Sequence record: NC_023688.1 | Strand: one strand, 5' to 3' | Length of the DNA stretch: 64,000 nucleotides | In this document: positions 10,063 through 22,443 of the stretch, one piece after another | Numbering within the stretch: the first letter of the stretch is position 1 | Layout of the letters: the number at the start of each line of letters is the position of its first letter | The notes under the pieces: generated by a model | The model's input: only the letters and a program-made list of their open reading frames with translations | Database searches by the model: none | Told to the model about the DNA's origin: nothing | Program-made: the position numbers and the translations under genes

Positions 10063-10853
10063 TGTTCGCTAGAAATAAAAGCATGTTCGCCCAGCTCGAA
10101 ACGGGAGCTGGGTACAATAAGACTTATCAAGACAGTGTGCTTAACCCTTATGTGAATAAGCATGAATATGGTCCGACTTTATCATTGCAAGAAATGTTGG
10201 TGGCAGAATCGGTACAAATGAATGGGGTTGAGGTTTATTATATTCGTCGTGAATTTGTGAACTTTGATCGAATATTTGGCGAAGATATGCAGTCCAAATT
10301 TAAGAAAGCTTATAAAGTTGCTATGTATCTCGAAAGTTTCGATGAATATAGTGGGCAGCGAGATTTCTTTTCCAAGTTTGGTATGCAAGTAAATGATGAG
10401 GTTAGCTTTACAGTTAGCCCTATGTTGTTTGAGCATCAAACAGATGGACAGCGAGCTAAAGAAGGTGACTTGATTTATTTCCCACTGAATAACAGCTTGT
10501 TTGAAGTTACATGGGTTGAGCCGATATCGCCTATGGTCAAGCGTGAACGTTTGGCAAAATATCGTATCACAGCACAGAAATTCATTTATAGCGGCGAAGA
10601 GATCAAACCAGAGTTTGACCCTAATCGTTATATTCTTGGCGATGATGATCCATTAGCACAGATCAAGGCTCTTGATCATAGAGTTGATGTTAGTCTTGAC
10701 GAATTTGCCGAAGACGATGCATTCAACGAAGAGTCCGAGACTTTTGTTGAGGAGTTCGAAAACATTATCGGAACAGGTTCTCCGATTGCAACACATCAGA
10801 AACCGGACGCGAATGACGCATCCGATCCCTTTGATGATATGGAGTCGTTTTAA
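10059..10853 (+). CDS. gp14: Neck protein gp14
   Basis: VLNPYVN, LVAESVQMNGVEVYYIRRE, FFSKFGMQVNDE, EGDLIYFP; GGAG RBS before ATG 10059. Confidence 0.95.
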   Translation: MMFARNKSMFAQLETGAGYNKTYQDSVLNPYVNKHEYGPTLSLQEMLVAESVQMNGVEVYYIRREFVNFDRIFGEDMQSKFKKAYKVAMYLESFDEYSGQRDFFSKFGMQVNDEVSFTVSPMLFEHQTDGQRAKEGDLIYFPLNNSLFEVTWVEPISPMVKRERLAKYRITAQKFIYSGEEIKPEFDPNRYILGDDDPLAQIKALDHRVDVSLDEFAEDDAFNEESETFVEEFENIIGTGSPIATHQKPDANDASDPFDDMESF

Positions 10854-10854
10854 A

Positions 10855-11469
10855 TCAGAGCCCTGCGGGGCTCTTTTCGTATGAGCTACAAATTTCGCAT
10901 CTGGTATTACTCTTGATGCGAGTCAACGATAGATCAAAAGAGCCATGTTGTTTGCAAGTCACTTGGTATTGTGTGCTGTTACCAGCCCAGCCAGAAACTT
11001 GTTTGACTGCATAGCCGTTTGATTTAGCATAATCGGAAACGATCTTAACTGCAAGATGCTTCGGCTTTTTCTTTTCGATGCCGATACAGACATCACATTT
11101 TGGTTGATCGAACATCACTTTACCAACTTTTGTAAATGTAGTGTGACCGTGCTCGCACTGCAAAGCTATCTGACTCTCGCGGTGCCACTCCTCCTTAATC
11201 GAAGGCGCTGTAAATAGTGTGAACTTAGTCTTGCTCAAGTTTTGCATCACAAGCTTCTGGCGCTGTTTGTCGTTGAAGTGATACTTGCGATCACACCAGC
11301 AACGCATACGACTGATATCTTGGAACTTAGCGGGAAATACTGGCAGACCCAGACCTTTTCGCTTAGTGCATTTATCACAGACACAAGCATACACCTTGTT
11401 ACCACTGGTGTCAATACCATAAATGTCAATAATAGTGAATTGTCTAATTTTAGTACCGATTCTGTTCAT
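10855..11469 (-). CDS. Hef-like Zn-ribbon repeat protein lacking the C-terminal nuclease domain
   Basis: Multiple CxxC/CxH motifs; N-terminus homologous to ORF 46182-47171; ends at CEICSSYEKSPAGL. Confidence 0.7.
   Translation of the reverse strand: MNRIGTKIRQFTIIDIYGIDTSGNKVYACVCDKCTKRKGLGLPVFPAKFQDISRMRCWCDRKYHFNDKQRQKLVMQNLSKTKFTLFTAPSIKEEWHRESQIALQCEHGHTTFTKVGKVMFDQPKCDVCIGIEKKKPKHLAVKIVSDYAKSNGYAVKQVSGWAGNSTQYQVTCKQHGSFDLSLTRIKSNTRCEICSSYEKSPAGL
10857..10877 (+). terminator. Rho-independent terminator after gp14
   Basis: AGAGCCC-TGCG-GGGCTCT followed by TTT. Confidence 0.75.
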
Positions 11470-11590
11470 ATAGTATACTCACCTAGAAAGTCGCGTCAGC
11501 GACTGCGTAGCTAACCTATTGTAATTAAAGGAGAAGAGAAGATAGATCTTCATTAAAGATATATAAGAGAATTTATCTTCTCTTCTTCTC
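11470..11590. repeat. Dispersed ~120-bp palindrome-rich element, copy 1
   Basis: Highly similar to 51471-51590; contains AGTCGC-GTCA-GCGACT and GAAGAGAAGATA...TATCTTCTCTTC inverted repeats. Confidence 0.9.
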
Positions 11591-11623
11591 ACGATTGAGC
11601 GGCTTTGCCGCAGTGCTAAAGCA

Positions 11624-11630
11624 CTAAATA
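11624..11630 (+). promoter_or_regulatory. Late promoter CTAAATA (gp15)
   Basis: ~20 nt upstream of gp15 ATG. Confidence 0.7.
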
Positions 11631-11651
11631 ACGATAAAGAGGAGTCTAACA

Positions 11652-12472
11652 ATGTTTGGATATTTTTACAACAGCGTATCAAGAAGATACATCGTCTTGA
11701 TGGGACAGCTATTCAACGGCGTTCAAGTCGCTCGCGAACGAGACGGGAAAGTTTCTTATCAGAAAGTACCCATCACCTATGCTAGTAAAGAGCGGTTCGC
11801 AATGAAACTCAATAGCATTAACAGCAACATCGATGAACATGGAATTGCAAGAATCGAAACGATTCTACCGAGAATGAATCTACAAATGCTTGACATGGTA
11901 TACAATCCTATGTTCAAGACTGGAGTCAATGTTCGCTCTCAGTCGCTTGGTGCTGGAACCGTATCTCGTAATAACCCGGTACCATACAAGTATCTTTTTG
12001 AGTTGTCAATCGCTACTCGCTTTGAAGATGACATGTTTCAGATTGTTGAGCAAATATTGCCATACTTTCAACCAAACTTTACCACAAAAATAACTGAGTT
12101 GCACGACTCGTTGACACCCGTTGATCGTGATATTCAGATCACTATTCAAGGCGTTTCTATTTCGGAAGAATTGGAGGGGCCAGCAACCGAGAGACGTCGA
12201 ATTCAATGGGATATTACATTTGAACTTGATGGCTGGTTGTATCCGCCGGTAAATAACTTGAAAGGCGAAATCAAGACAATCTATCTCGATTTCTTCTCTA
12301 ATAAGACTGAGTTGAAAACTGGCGAAGATAATTTCGAGTCTGTTGACTTTGAAGTTGATCCTCGCACGGCGACTAAAGAAAATTGGGATGGTAAATATAA
12401 AGAGACAATGAGCGAGAATATTCCTATTCCAACCGCTCCGGATGGACCGGGACCAAGAGGATTAAAACACAC

Positions 12473-12476
<4 letters not shown>
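11652..12476 (+). CDS. gp15: Tail sheath stabiliser/terminator gp15
   Basis: MFGYFYNS.SRRYIVLMG.LF, KVPITYASKERF, EQILPYFQP.F. Confidence 0.95.
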
Positions 12477-15973
<3,497 letters not shown>

Positions 15974-15983
15974 GGAAAAACAA

Positions 15984-18023
15984 ATGACATTACTTTCTCC
16001 GGGTGTAGAGACTAAAGAAATTAATTTGCAGACAACTATTGCAAGATCTTCAACTGGACGCGCTGCTCTGGTTGGGAAATTCAACTGGGGCCCAGCTTAT
16101 CAAATTTCTCAGACAGTCTCCGAAGTTGACTTAGTAGATAAATTTGGTCGCCCCGACGACCAAACCGCTGACAGTTTCTTCAGTGGGGTTAACTTCTTGA
16201 ATTACGGCAACGATCTACGTGTTGTTCGTGTTCTAAACGAAACTAAGAGCCGAAATTCATCTGCTCTGTTCGAATCTCTGAGTTACAATATTACTTCTCC
16301 CGGCGTGGATTATAAAGTCGGTGATGTTGTGAACGTACTTCAAGGCGGCAACGTAATTGCATCTGGTAAAATCACCGTTGTTAACGCATCTGGTGGTATC
16401 GTTGCATTCTATGTGCCTACAAACGCAATCATTTCTAAAGCGAAAGCATTGAATGATTATCCAGCATTGGACAACGCTTGGCAAATTCAGTTTGCTGCCG
16501 GCGGCCCTGGTTCTGGTCAAGCTGCAACTGCAACCGTTGTTGGTATCAATCTGGACTCAAGCATTTATGTTCCAAACGACGAATATGCAATGTCTGCTAT
16601 TTCCGAGCGTAGCGAATTGAAGCGTACCTTCATCGATATCTGCGAAGAAATGAAAGTCCCAGCTATTGCGGCTCGTTATGCTGGTACATTCGGTGATAAT
16701 CTGAACGTTCTGATTATTGCGTACAAAGATTATTACAAGTTCAACGAAGCTGGTAAGATCGTTGGTGTTAATACAATCAACCCAAAAGTTTTCCCGTCTG
16801 GACTAGATTACGGCAACGTTACTCCAAGTTCTTATTTGGAATTCGGACCTCAGAGTGAAAGTCAATTCGCTTTCATCGTTTTCAATAACGGTGTTGCTGT
16901 TGAATCAAAAGTTCTGAGTGTTAAGCCGGGTGAGCGTGATATCTACGGCTCAAGCATTCATATTAACGAATACTTCGGCAACGGATATAGTGCATTTGTT
17001 CAAGGTGTTGCTGAAAGCTGGCCAGTTGGATATACCGGTGTTCTGAATTTCGGTGGTGGTCAATCTGCTAACGCTGATATTACCGCTGGCGAATGGATGA
17101 AAGGCTGGGATATGTTTGCTGACCGTGAGCATACAGATGTTAACTTGCTGATTGCTGGCTCTGTAGCTGGCGAAGGTGCTAAGATTGCATCTACCGTACA
17201 AAAAGCAGTTGTTGCTATTTCCGACGAACGTCGTGATTGTCTGGTTCTTATTTCTCCGCCGCGTGAATATATGATTAATCAGCCTGCTGCTACAGTCGTT
17301 CGTAAATTGGTTGACTGGCGTCGCGGTGTTACTCAAGCCGGTGTTGCACTTGATGACAACATGAATATTGGTACCACTTATGCGTCAATTGACGGTAACT
17401 ATAAATACCAATATGACAAATATAACGATGTAAATCGTTGGGTTCCTCTTGCTGCTGATATCGCTGGTCTGTGTGCTCGTACCGATACAATCGGTCAACC
17501 ATGGCAATCCCCAGCTGGTTTCAACCGTGGTCAGATTGTAAACGTCATTAAACTGGCTGTAGATACTCGCCAAGCTCACCGCGATGAAATGTATACCAAT
17601 GGTATTAACCCAGTCGTAGGATTTGCTGGTCAAGGTTACACACTGTATGGTGATAAGACTGCGAGCCAAGCACCAACACCGTTCGACCGTATCAACGTTC
17701 GTCGTTTGTTCAACCTGTTGAAGAAATCGATTAGCGAAAGTGCGAAATACAAACTGTTTGAACTAAACGATGCTTTCACCCGTGCAAGCTTCCGTTCTGA
17801 GGTTGGTTCTTATCTGGACACCATTCGTTCATTGGGTGGCATTTATGATTTCCGTGTTGTCTGTGACGAAAGTAACAACACCGCTGGAGTTATTGATCGC
17901 AATGAATTTGTGGCAACAATTCTGATTAAACCAGCTCGCTCTATCAATTATATAACGCTTAATTTCGTAGCAACATCAACTGGTGCTGATTTTGACGAAT
18001 TGGTTGGTAGTTTTCAACAGTAA
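15984..18023 (+). CDS. gp18: Tail sheath protein gp18
   Basis: MTLLSPGVETKE, GKFNWGP, YDKYNDVNRWVPLAADIAGLCARTD, FDRINVRRLF. Confidence 0.98.
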   Translation: MTLLSPGVETKEINLQTTIARSSTGRAALVGKFNWGPAYQISQTVSEVDLVDKFGRPDDQTADSFFSGVNFLNYGNDLRVVRVLNETKSRNSSALFESLSYNITSPGVDYKVGDVVNVLQGGNVIASGKITVVNASGGIVAFYVPTNAIISKAKALNDYPALDNAWQIQFAAGGPGSGQAATATVVGINLDSSIYVPNDEYAMSAISERSELKRTFIDICEEMKVPAIAARYAGTFGDNLNVLIIAYKDYYKFNEAGKIVGVNTINPKVFPSGLDYGNVTPSSYLEFGPQSESQFAFIVFNNGVAVESKVLSVKPGERDIYGSSIHINEYFGNGYSAFVQGVAESWPVGYTGVLNFGGGQSANADITAGEWMKGWDMFADREHTDVNLLIAGSVAGEGAKIASTVQKAVVAISDERRDCLVLISPPREYMINQPAATVVRKLVDWRRGVTQAGVALDDNMNIGTTYASIDGNYKYQYDKYNDVNRWVPLAADIAGLCARTDTIGQPWQSPAGFNRGQIVNVIKLAVDTRQAHRDEMYTNGINPVVGFAGQGYTLYGDKTASQAPTPFDRINVRRLFNLLKKSISESAKYKLFELNDAFTRASFRSEVGSYLDTIRSLGGIYDFRVVCDESNNTAGVIDRNEFVATILIKPARSINYITLNFVATSTGADFDELVGSFQQ

Positions 18024-18051
18024 TTAATAAAGGGGTCTGAAAATGACCCCT

Positions 18052-18058
18052 CTAAATA
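18052..18058 (+). promoter_or_regulatory. Late promoter CTAAATA (gp19), preceded by hairpin 18031-18051
   Basis: Motif upstream of gp19 RBS. Confidence 0.7.
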
Positions 18059-18085
18059 TTTCATGTATAACAAGAGGAACACAAA

Positions 18086-18574
18086 ATGGAACTCACGGAT
18101 ATTTCCCGTGCATTCAGTAATGGTGATTTCGCTCGTCCGAACCTATTTGAAGTTGAAATTCCATTCTTGGGTAAAGATTTCAAATTCAAATGTAAAGGCG
18201 CATCTATGCCTCCCGGCGTAGTTGAACCAGTTCCTGTAAGCTATCAGAATAAAAAAATGAAGCTTGCTGGAGATCGTACTTTCGAAGATTGGACAATCAC
18301 CGTTTACAACGACGAAGCACATAATACTCGCCAGCAATTTATTGAATGGCAAAACCTTGCACAAGCTCTCGACCGCAATATTCTTGGCGAAGCACCTGCT
18401 TCATATAAGAAAGAAGCTACAGTCCGTCAGCTTGACCGTAAGGGTAAGCAAACTCGTCAATATACCGCATATGGTATTTGGCCAACCAACATCGCAGAAA
18501 TCGCGTTGTCTTGGGATCAGAATAACGAAGTCGAAACCTTCGAGGTCACTCTGTCTCTGGACTGGTGGCAATAA
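18086..18574 (+). CDS. gp19: Tail tube protein gp19
   Basis: DFARPNLFEVEIP, KLAGDRTFEDWTITVYND, WDQNNEVETFEVT. Confidence 0.98.
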   Translation: MELTDISRAFSNGDFARPNLFEVEIPFLGKDFKFKCKGASMPPGVVEPVPVSYQNKKMKLAGDRTFEDWTITVYNDEAHNTRQQFIEWQNLAQALDRNILGEAPASYKKEATVRQLDRKGKQTRQYTAYGIWPTNIAEIALSWDQNNEVETFEVTLSLDWWQ

Positions 18575-18622
18575 TAAGAATGGGGAGAAATCCCCGTTCA
18601 TTAATGTCTCTTTTCGAGACAA

Positions 18623-18629
18623 CTAAATA
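18623..18629 (+). promoter_or_regulatory. Late promoter CTAAATA (gp20)
   Basis: Motif upstream of portal gene. Confidence 0.7.
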
Positions 18630-18647
18630 ATATGAGAGGAGATATTA

Positions 18648-20213
18648 ATGAACGAACTTTTTCTTAAACTTTTAAGTCCGTGGACGAAAGATGATCAAAA
18701 GCGTGTAGAAACCGACATTTCAGATCGCATTGACTCGTTCGCGGTACCGGATAACGCCGATGGCGCTATCGAATTTGACAGACAGATTGATACAACTGCG
18801 CCAAAAATGGCACTCGTTCAATCCGTAATCGGGTATGCCCCGAAAATTCAGAATACAAAAGAGCTTATTAACCAATATCGTAGCTTGTCTAAATATCACG
18901 AGGTTGATAATGCGATTGACGAAATTATTAATGACGCCGTTGTTCAAGAGGACAATCGCGACACCGTTTATCTCGATCTGGATAAGACTGAGTGGACGGA
19001 AGCTGTAAAAGAAATGGTTCGCGAAGAATTTCGTACCATTTTGAAGTTGTTGAAGTTCGAGCGCGAAGGTAAGCGTCACTTTAGACGTTGGTATGTGGAT
19101 AGTCGAATCTATTTTCATAAAATGATCGACCCCGAAAAGCCGAAAGATGGTATTAAAGAACTTCGATTGCTCGATCCTCGCAACGTAGAATATTACAGAG
19201 TCAATCTGAAATCCAATGAGAAAGGACATGATGTTTATAAAGGCGTAAAAGAGTTCTTTACATATGGCGCATCCGAAGATGCTCGATATAATATTCAAGG
19301 CAGCACAAACTCACTGGTAAACATCCCACTGAATGCGATTGTGTATGCTCATAGCGGTAAAGTTGATATCGATGGTAAAACAATCGTCGGATATCTGCAT
19401 AACGTAATTAAGCCAGCGAACCAGCTTAAAATGCTGGAAGATGCGATGGTAATTTATCGTATTACTCGCGCTCCTGAGCGTCGTGTGTTTTATATCGATG
19501 TAGGCACCATGCCAAACAAGAAAGCCACACAACATCTAAATAACGTTATGCAGGGGCTAAAGAATCGCGTTGTTTATGACAGTGCTACAGGTAAGGTCAA
19601 AAACAGCTCTAACAACTTGGCCATGACAGAAGACTACTGGTTGATGCGTCGAGACGGCAAAGCGACCACAGAGGTTTCTACGCTGCCTGGTGCGCAATCT
19701 ATGGGTGAAATGGATGACGTTCGTTGGTTTAATCGCAAACTGTACGAATCGATGAAAATCCCACTTAGTCGTTTGCCACAAGAAGGTGCCGGCATGACGT
19801 TTGGCGCTGGTAGTGATATTACTCGCGACGAATTACAGTTCACTAAATATGTTCGTGGACTACAACAACAGTTTGAACCTATTTTCCTGAACCCATTAAA
19901 AACAAATCTATTGCTGAAAGGCAAAATGAGTGAAATGGAATGGGACGATGAGGCAGAAAACATCAGAGTTATTTTCTCTAAAGATTCGTATTACGAAGAA
20001 ATTAAAGACGTTGAAATTCTGGAGCGTCGTGTCAACTTGGTACAAACTCTGGCGTCTGCCGAAGTAACCGGTAAATATCTGTCGCATGAATACGTGATGA
20101 AAAATATTCTGCGTATGAGTGACGAAGATATTAAGACTGAGCGTGAAAAGATCGACGTTGAGAAAGATGATTCGGTTTATAAAAACCCAGAAGATCCGAT
20201 GGAGGAATTTTAA
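18648..20213 (+). CDS. gp20: Portal protein gp20
   Basis: RRWYVDSRIYFHK, KPANQLKMLEDAMVIYRITRAPERRVFYIDVG, EDYWLMRRDGK. Confidence 0.98.
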   Translation: MNELFLKLLSPWTKDDQKRVETDISDRIDSFAVPDNADGAIEFDRQIDTTAPKMALVQSVIGYAPKIQNTKELINQYRSLSKYHEVDNAIDEIINDAVVQEDNRDTVYLDLDKTEWTEAVKEMVREEFRTILKLLKFEREGKRHFRRWYVDSRIYFHKMIDPEKPKDGIKELRLLDPRNVEYYRVNLKSNEKGHDVYKGVKEFFTYGASEDARYNIQGSTNSLVNIPLNAIVYAHSGKVDIDGKTIVGYLHNVIKPANQLKMLEDAMVIYRITRAPERRVFYIDVGTMPNKKATQHLNNVMQGLKNRVVYDSATGKVKNSSNNLAMTEDYWLMRRDGKATTEVSTLPGAQSMGEMDDVRWFNRKLYESMKIPLSRLPQEGAGMTFGAGSDITRDELQFTKYVRGLQQQFEPIFLNPLKTNLLLKGKMSEMEWDDEAENIRVIFSKDSYYEEIKDVEILERRVNLVQTLASAEVTGKYLSHEYVMKNILRMSDEDIKTEREKIDVEKDDSVYKNPEDPMEEF

Positions 20214-20375
20214 GTGAATGAGTTTATGAAAGCCGTAGAAAGCGGCGACTTTGTAGCTGCTAAAGCTGCATTTGGTGATGAAATGTCGGCAAGAACCGCA
20301 CTAGCAGTTCAGCAACGCCGCAATGAAATTGCCGCACAAACTGCGCCTATGTCCGATTACAACGGCGACGAATAA
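20214..20375 (+). CDS. gp67: Prohead core protein gp67 (53 aa, not in ORF track)
   Basis: GTG start with GGAGG RBS; MNEFMKAVESGDFVAAKAAF...RRNEIA; lies between gp20 and gp68. Confidence 0.8.
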   Translation: MNEFMKAVESGDFVAAKAAFGDEMSARTALAVQQRRNEIAAQTAPMSDYNGDE

Positions 20376-20417
20376 AATGAGCGGGGTTTTCCCGCTCAAA
20401 ACAAAAGAGGTGAACCA

Positions 20418-20894
20418 ATGTCAATAGAACAAGTGACAGCAAAATGGAAAGCTTCCTTGCAAGGTCGAATTATTGAATCGGACGAGGAGCTTGATATTCT
20501 TGCAAGTTTGGTTGAGGCACATAAGCCACATTTAGCCACTAAACTTGCCGAAATGAAAAACATTCTAGGCGATTCCGTCGAAATTGTTTTGGAAAACATG
20601 CTAAATACAGATGAAGCAATTGATGCTCTGGCTATGCTTTCTATTAATGAAGCAGAAGAAGATATTCAAGAGACAATCGTTAAGCGCGTAAATGCTCTTG
20701 GTATCGTATCACGTATTAAGGATCGTCAAACTCGCGAACGTCAAGCAACTCAAACCACTGGTTTGTCAAAGTCTGCTCGTCGTCAAATTGCCAGAAAAGC
20801 TGCGAAAACAAAACGCTCACACCCAAGTATTACTCGAAAAGCTGTTCGTAAGCAGAAAAAGGCAATGAAAAAACGCGATCAAATGGGACTATAA
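20418..20894 (+). CDS. gp68: Prohead core protein gp68
   Basis: EDIQETIVKRVNALG...KDRQTRERQATQTTGLSKSARRQIARKA. Confidence 0.92.
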   Translation: MSIEQVTAKWKASLQGRIIESDEELDILASLVEAHKPHLATKLAEMKNILGDSVEIVLENMLNTDEAIDALAMLSINEAEEDIQETIVKRVNALGIVSRIKDRQTRERQATQTTGLSKSARRQIARKAAKTKRSHPSITRKAVRKQKKAMKKRDQMGL

Positions 20895-20897
20895 ATA
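20890..20897 (+). promoter_or_regulatory. Canonical T4 late promoter TATAAATA
   Basis: Exact match, but only 2 nt before the ATG at 20900, so gp21 may start further downstream. Confidence 0.5.
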
Positions 20898-20899
20898 TT

Positions 20900-21550
20900 A
20901 TGGGACCACAAGATATCTTAGTTGAAAATGGCGGTAGCTTGCTAGTTGAAAACTGGGGTTGCGTTGGCAATCTCGGCGAGCCCAACATTGTAGCAGAATC
21001 AATTGAACGTGACGGCAAACTTTATATCGAAGGGACTTTTATGCAGGCAGAAGTTATTAATGGTAACAAGCGCCTATATCCAAAAAAAGTTCTACAGGAA
21101 GCCGTCGCTAAATATATCAAAGAACAAGTTAATACCAAGCAAGCGTTGGGCGAACTTAATCACCCAGCTCGCGCAAACGTAGACCCGCTACATGCTGCGA
21201 TTATTATCGAGAAGCTTGAAATGCGCGGTAATGACGTTTGGGGACGCGCTCGCATTATTGAGGGTGACTTTGCTGAGGGAGATAAAACTGCCGCTCTAAT
21301 TCGAGCTGGTTGGATTCCCGGCGTAAGTTCTCGCGGTTTGGGTTCTGTCAAAGCGAATGCTTATGGGATTAATGAAGTTCAAGAGGGATTTAGATTAACT
21401 GTTGGCGTTGACGTTGTTTGGGGCCCAAGTGCGCCGAATGCTTATGTTAAGCCAGTTGTGGAATCTGTTTCGGTTCAACCAGAGGAAAAGAAAATTGACA
21501 ACAATACTTCTTTCTTGGCGTTGGCGGAAGCGTTAAAAAACCTTAACTAA
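20900..21550 (+). CDS. gp21: Prohead protease gp21
   Basis: LYIEGTFMQAEVINGNKRLYP, GELNHP, GVSSRGLGS, VDVVWGPSAP. Confidence 0.97.
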   Translation: MGPQDILVENGGSLLVENWGCVGNLGEPNIVAESIERDGKLYIEGTFMQAEVINGNKRLYPKKVLQEAVAKYIKEQVNTKQALGELNHPARANVDPLHAAIIIEKLEMRGNDVWGRARIIEGDFAEGDKTAALIRAGWIPGVSSRGLGSVKANAYGINEVQEGFRLTVGVDVVWGPSAPNAYVKPVVESVSVQPEEKKIDNNTSFLALAEALKNLN

Positions 21551-21579
21551 ATATATGTATAACAACAAGAGGAATTAAA

Positions 21580-22374
21580 ATGTCTATCAAAGACCAACTG
21601 CTTTCCGAAGCAAAGACTATTACCCTTGGTGTTGAACTGGACAGCATTTTCGAGTCTGTTGAACTGGCACCCGAAGTTAAGGCCAAGTTCAGCACTGTTT
21701 TCGAATCGGTTGTAAAGGAAAACGCCGTAAAACTGGCTGAATCACATGTTGCGCAAATCGCGGAAGAAGCTGATCGTCTGGTTGAAGAAAAATCTGCTGA
21801 GAAAGTCGAAAAGCTTTCCGAGCAAGTAACTAAATATTTCGATCATCTGGTTGAATCTTGGATGGAAGAAAACAAAATTGCTATTGATAACGGCATTAAG
21901 GTTCAAATGTTTGAATCTCTGCTGGGTTCAATGAAAGCTGTATTCGTTGAGCATAACGTAACTGTTCCAGAAGAATCTGTTGACGTTGTTGCAGAAATGG
22001 AAGAAGAACTCCGTGAAGCTCGTCAAGAACTGAATGGTGCGCTGGATAAAGTATCTGAGCTGAAAGAAAGCATTGTTACTATTAAGCGCGATCAAATCGT
22101 TGCTGAGGCCACTAAAGATCTGACCGAGATTCAAAAAGGTAAAGTAATGTCACTGTCTGAAGGTATCGCATTTGGCGACACTTTTGCCGATAAGCTGACT
22201 GCCATTGTTGAGATGGTAAGCGCGGTCAAACCGCAAGAACAACCTGCTGCTCAAATTGACGAAAATCTTAATTTCGTTGAGCCGGAAACCACTGTTGAGC
22301 CGATTGTAGAAAATAAACAAACTACCGCTCCGCAAGTTGACCCGAAAGTTGCTGGTTATCTGAATTTCATCTGA
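21580..22374 (+). CDS. gp22: Prohead scaffold protein gp22
   Basis: LDSIFESVEL, KYFDHLVESWMEENKIAI, FVEHNVTVPEESVDVVAEMEEEL; CTAAATA at 21547-21553. Confidence 0.95.
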   Translation: MSIKDQLLSEAKTITLGVELDSIFESVELAPEVKAKFSTVFESVVKENAVKLAESHVAQIAEEADRLVEEKSAEKVEKLSEQVTKYFDHLVESWMEENKIAIDNGIKVQMFESLLGSMKAVFVEHNVTVPEESVDVVAEMEEELREARQELNGALDKVSELKESIVTIKRDQIVAEATKDLTEIQKGKVMSLSEGIAFGDTFADKLTAIVEMVSAVKPQEQPAAQIDENLNFVEPETTVEPIVENKQTTAPQVDPKVAGYLNFI

Positions 22375-22443
22375 TACTAAATATTATCAGATGACAAATG
22401 ATTGTCTTTAATACAAAAAACTTTTTCATAAGGAAACAAAAGA

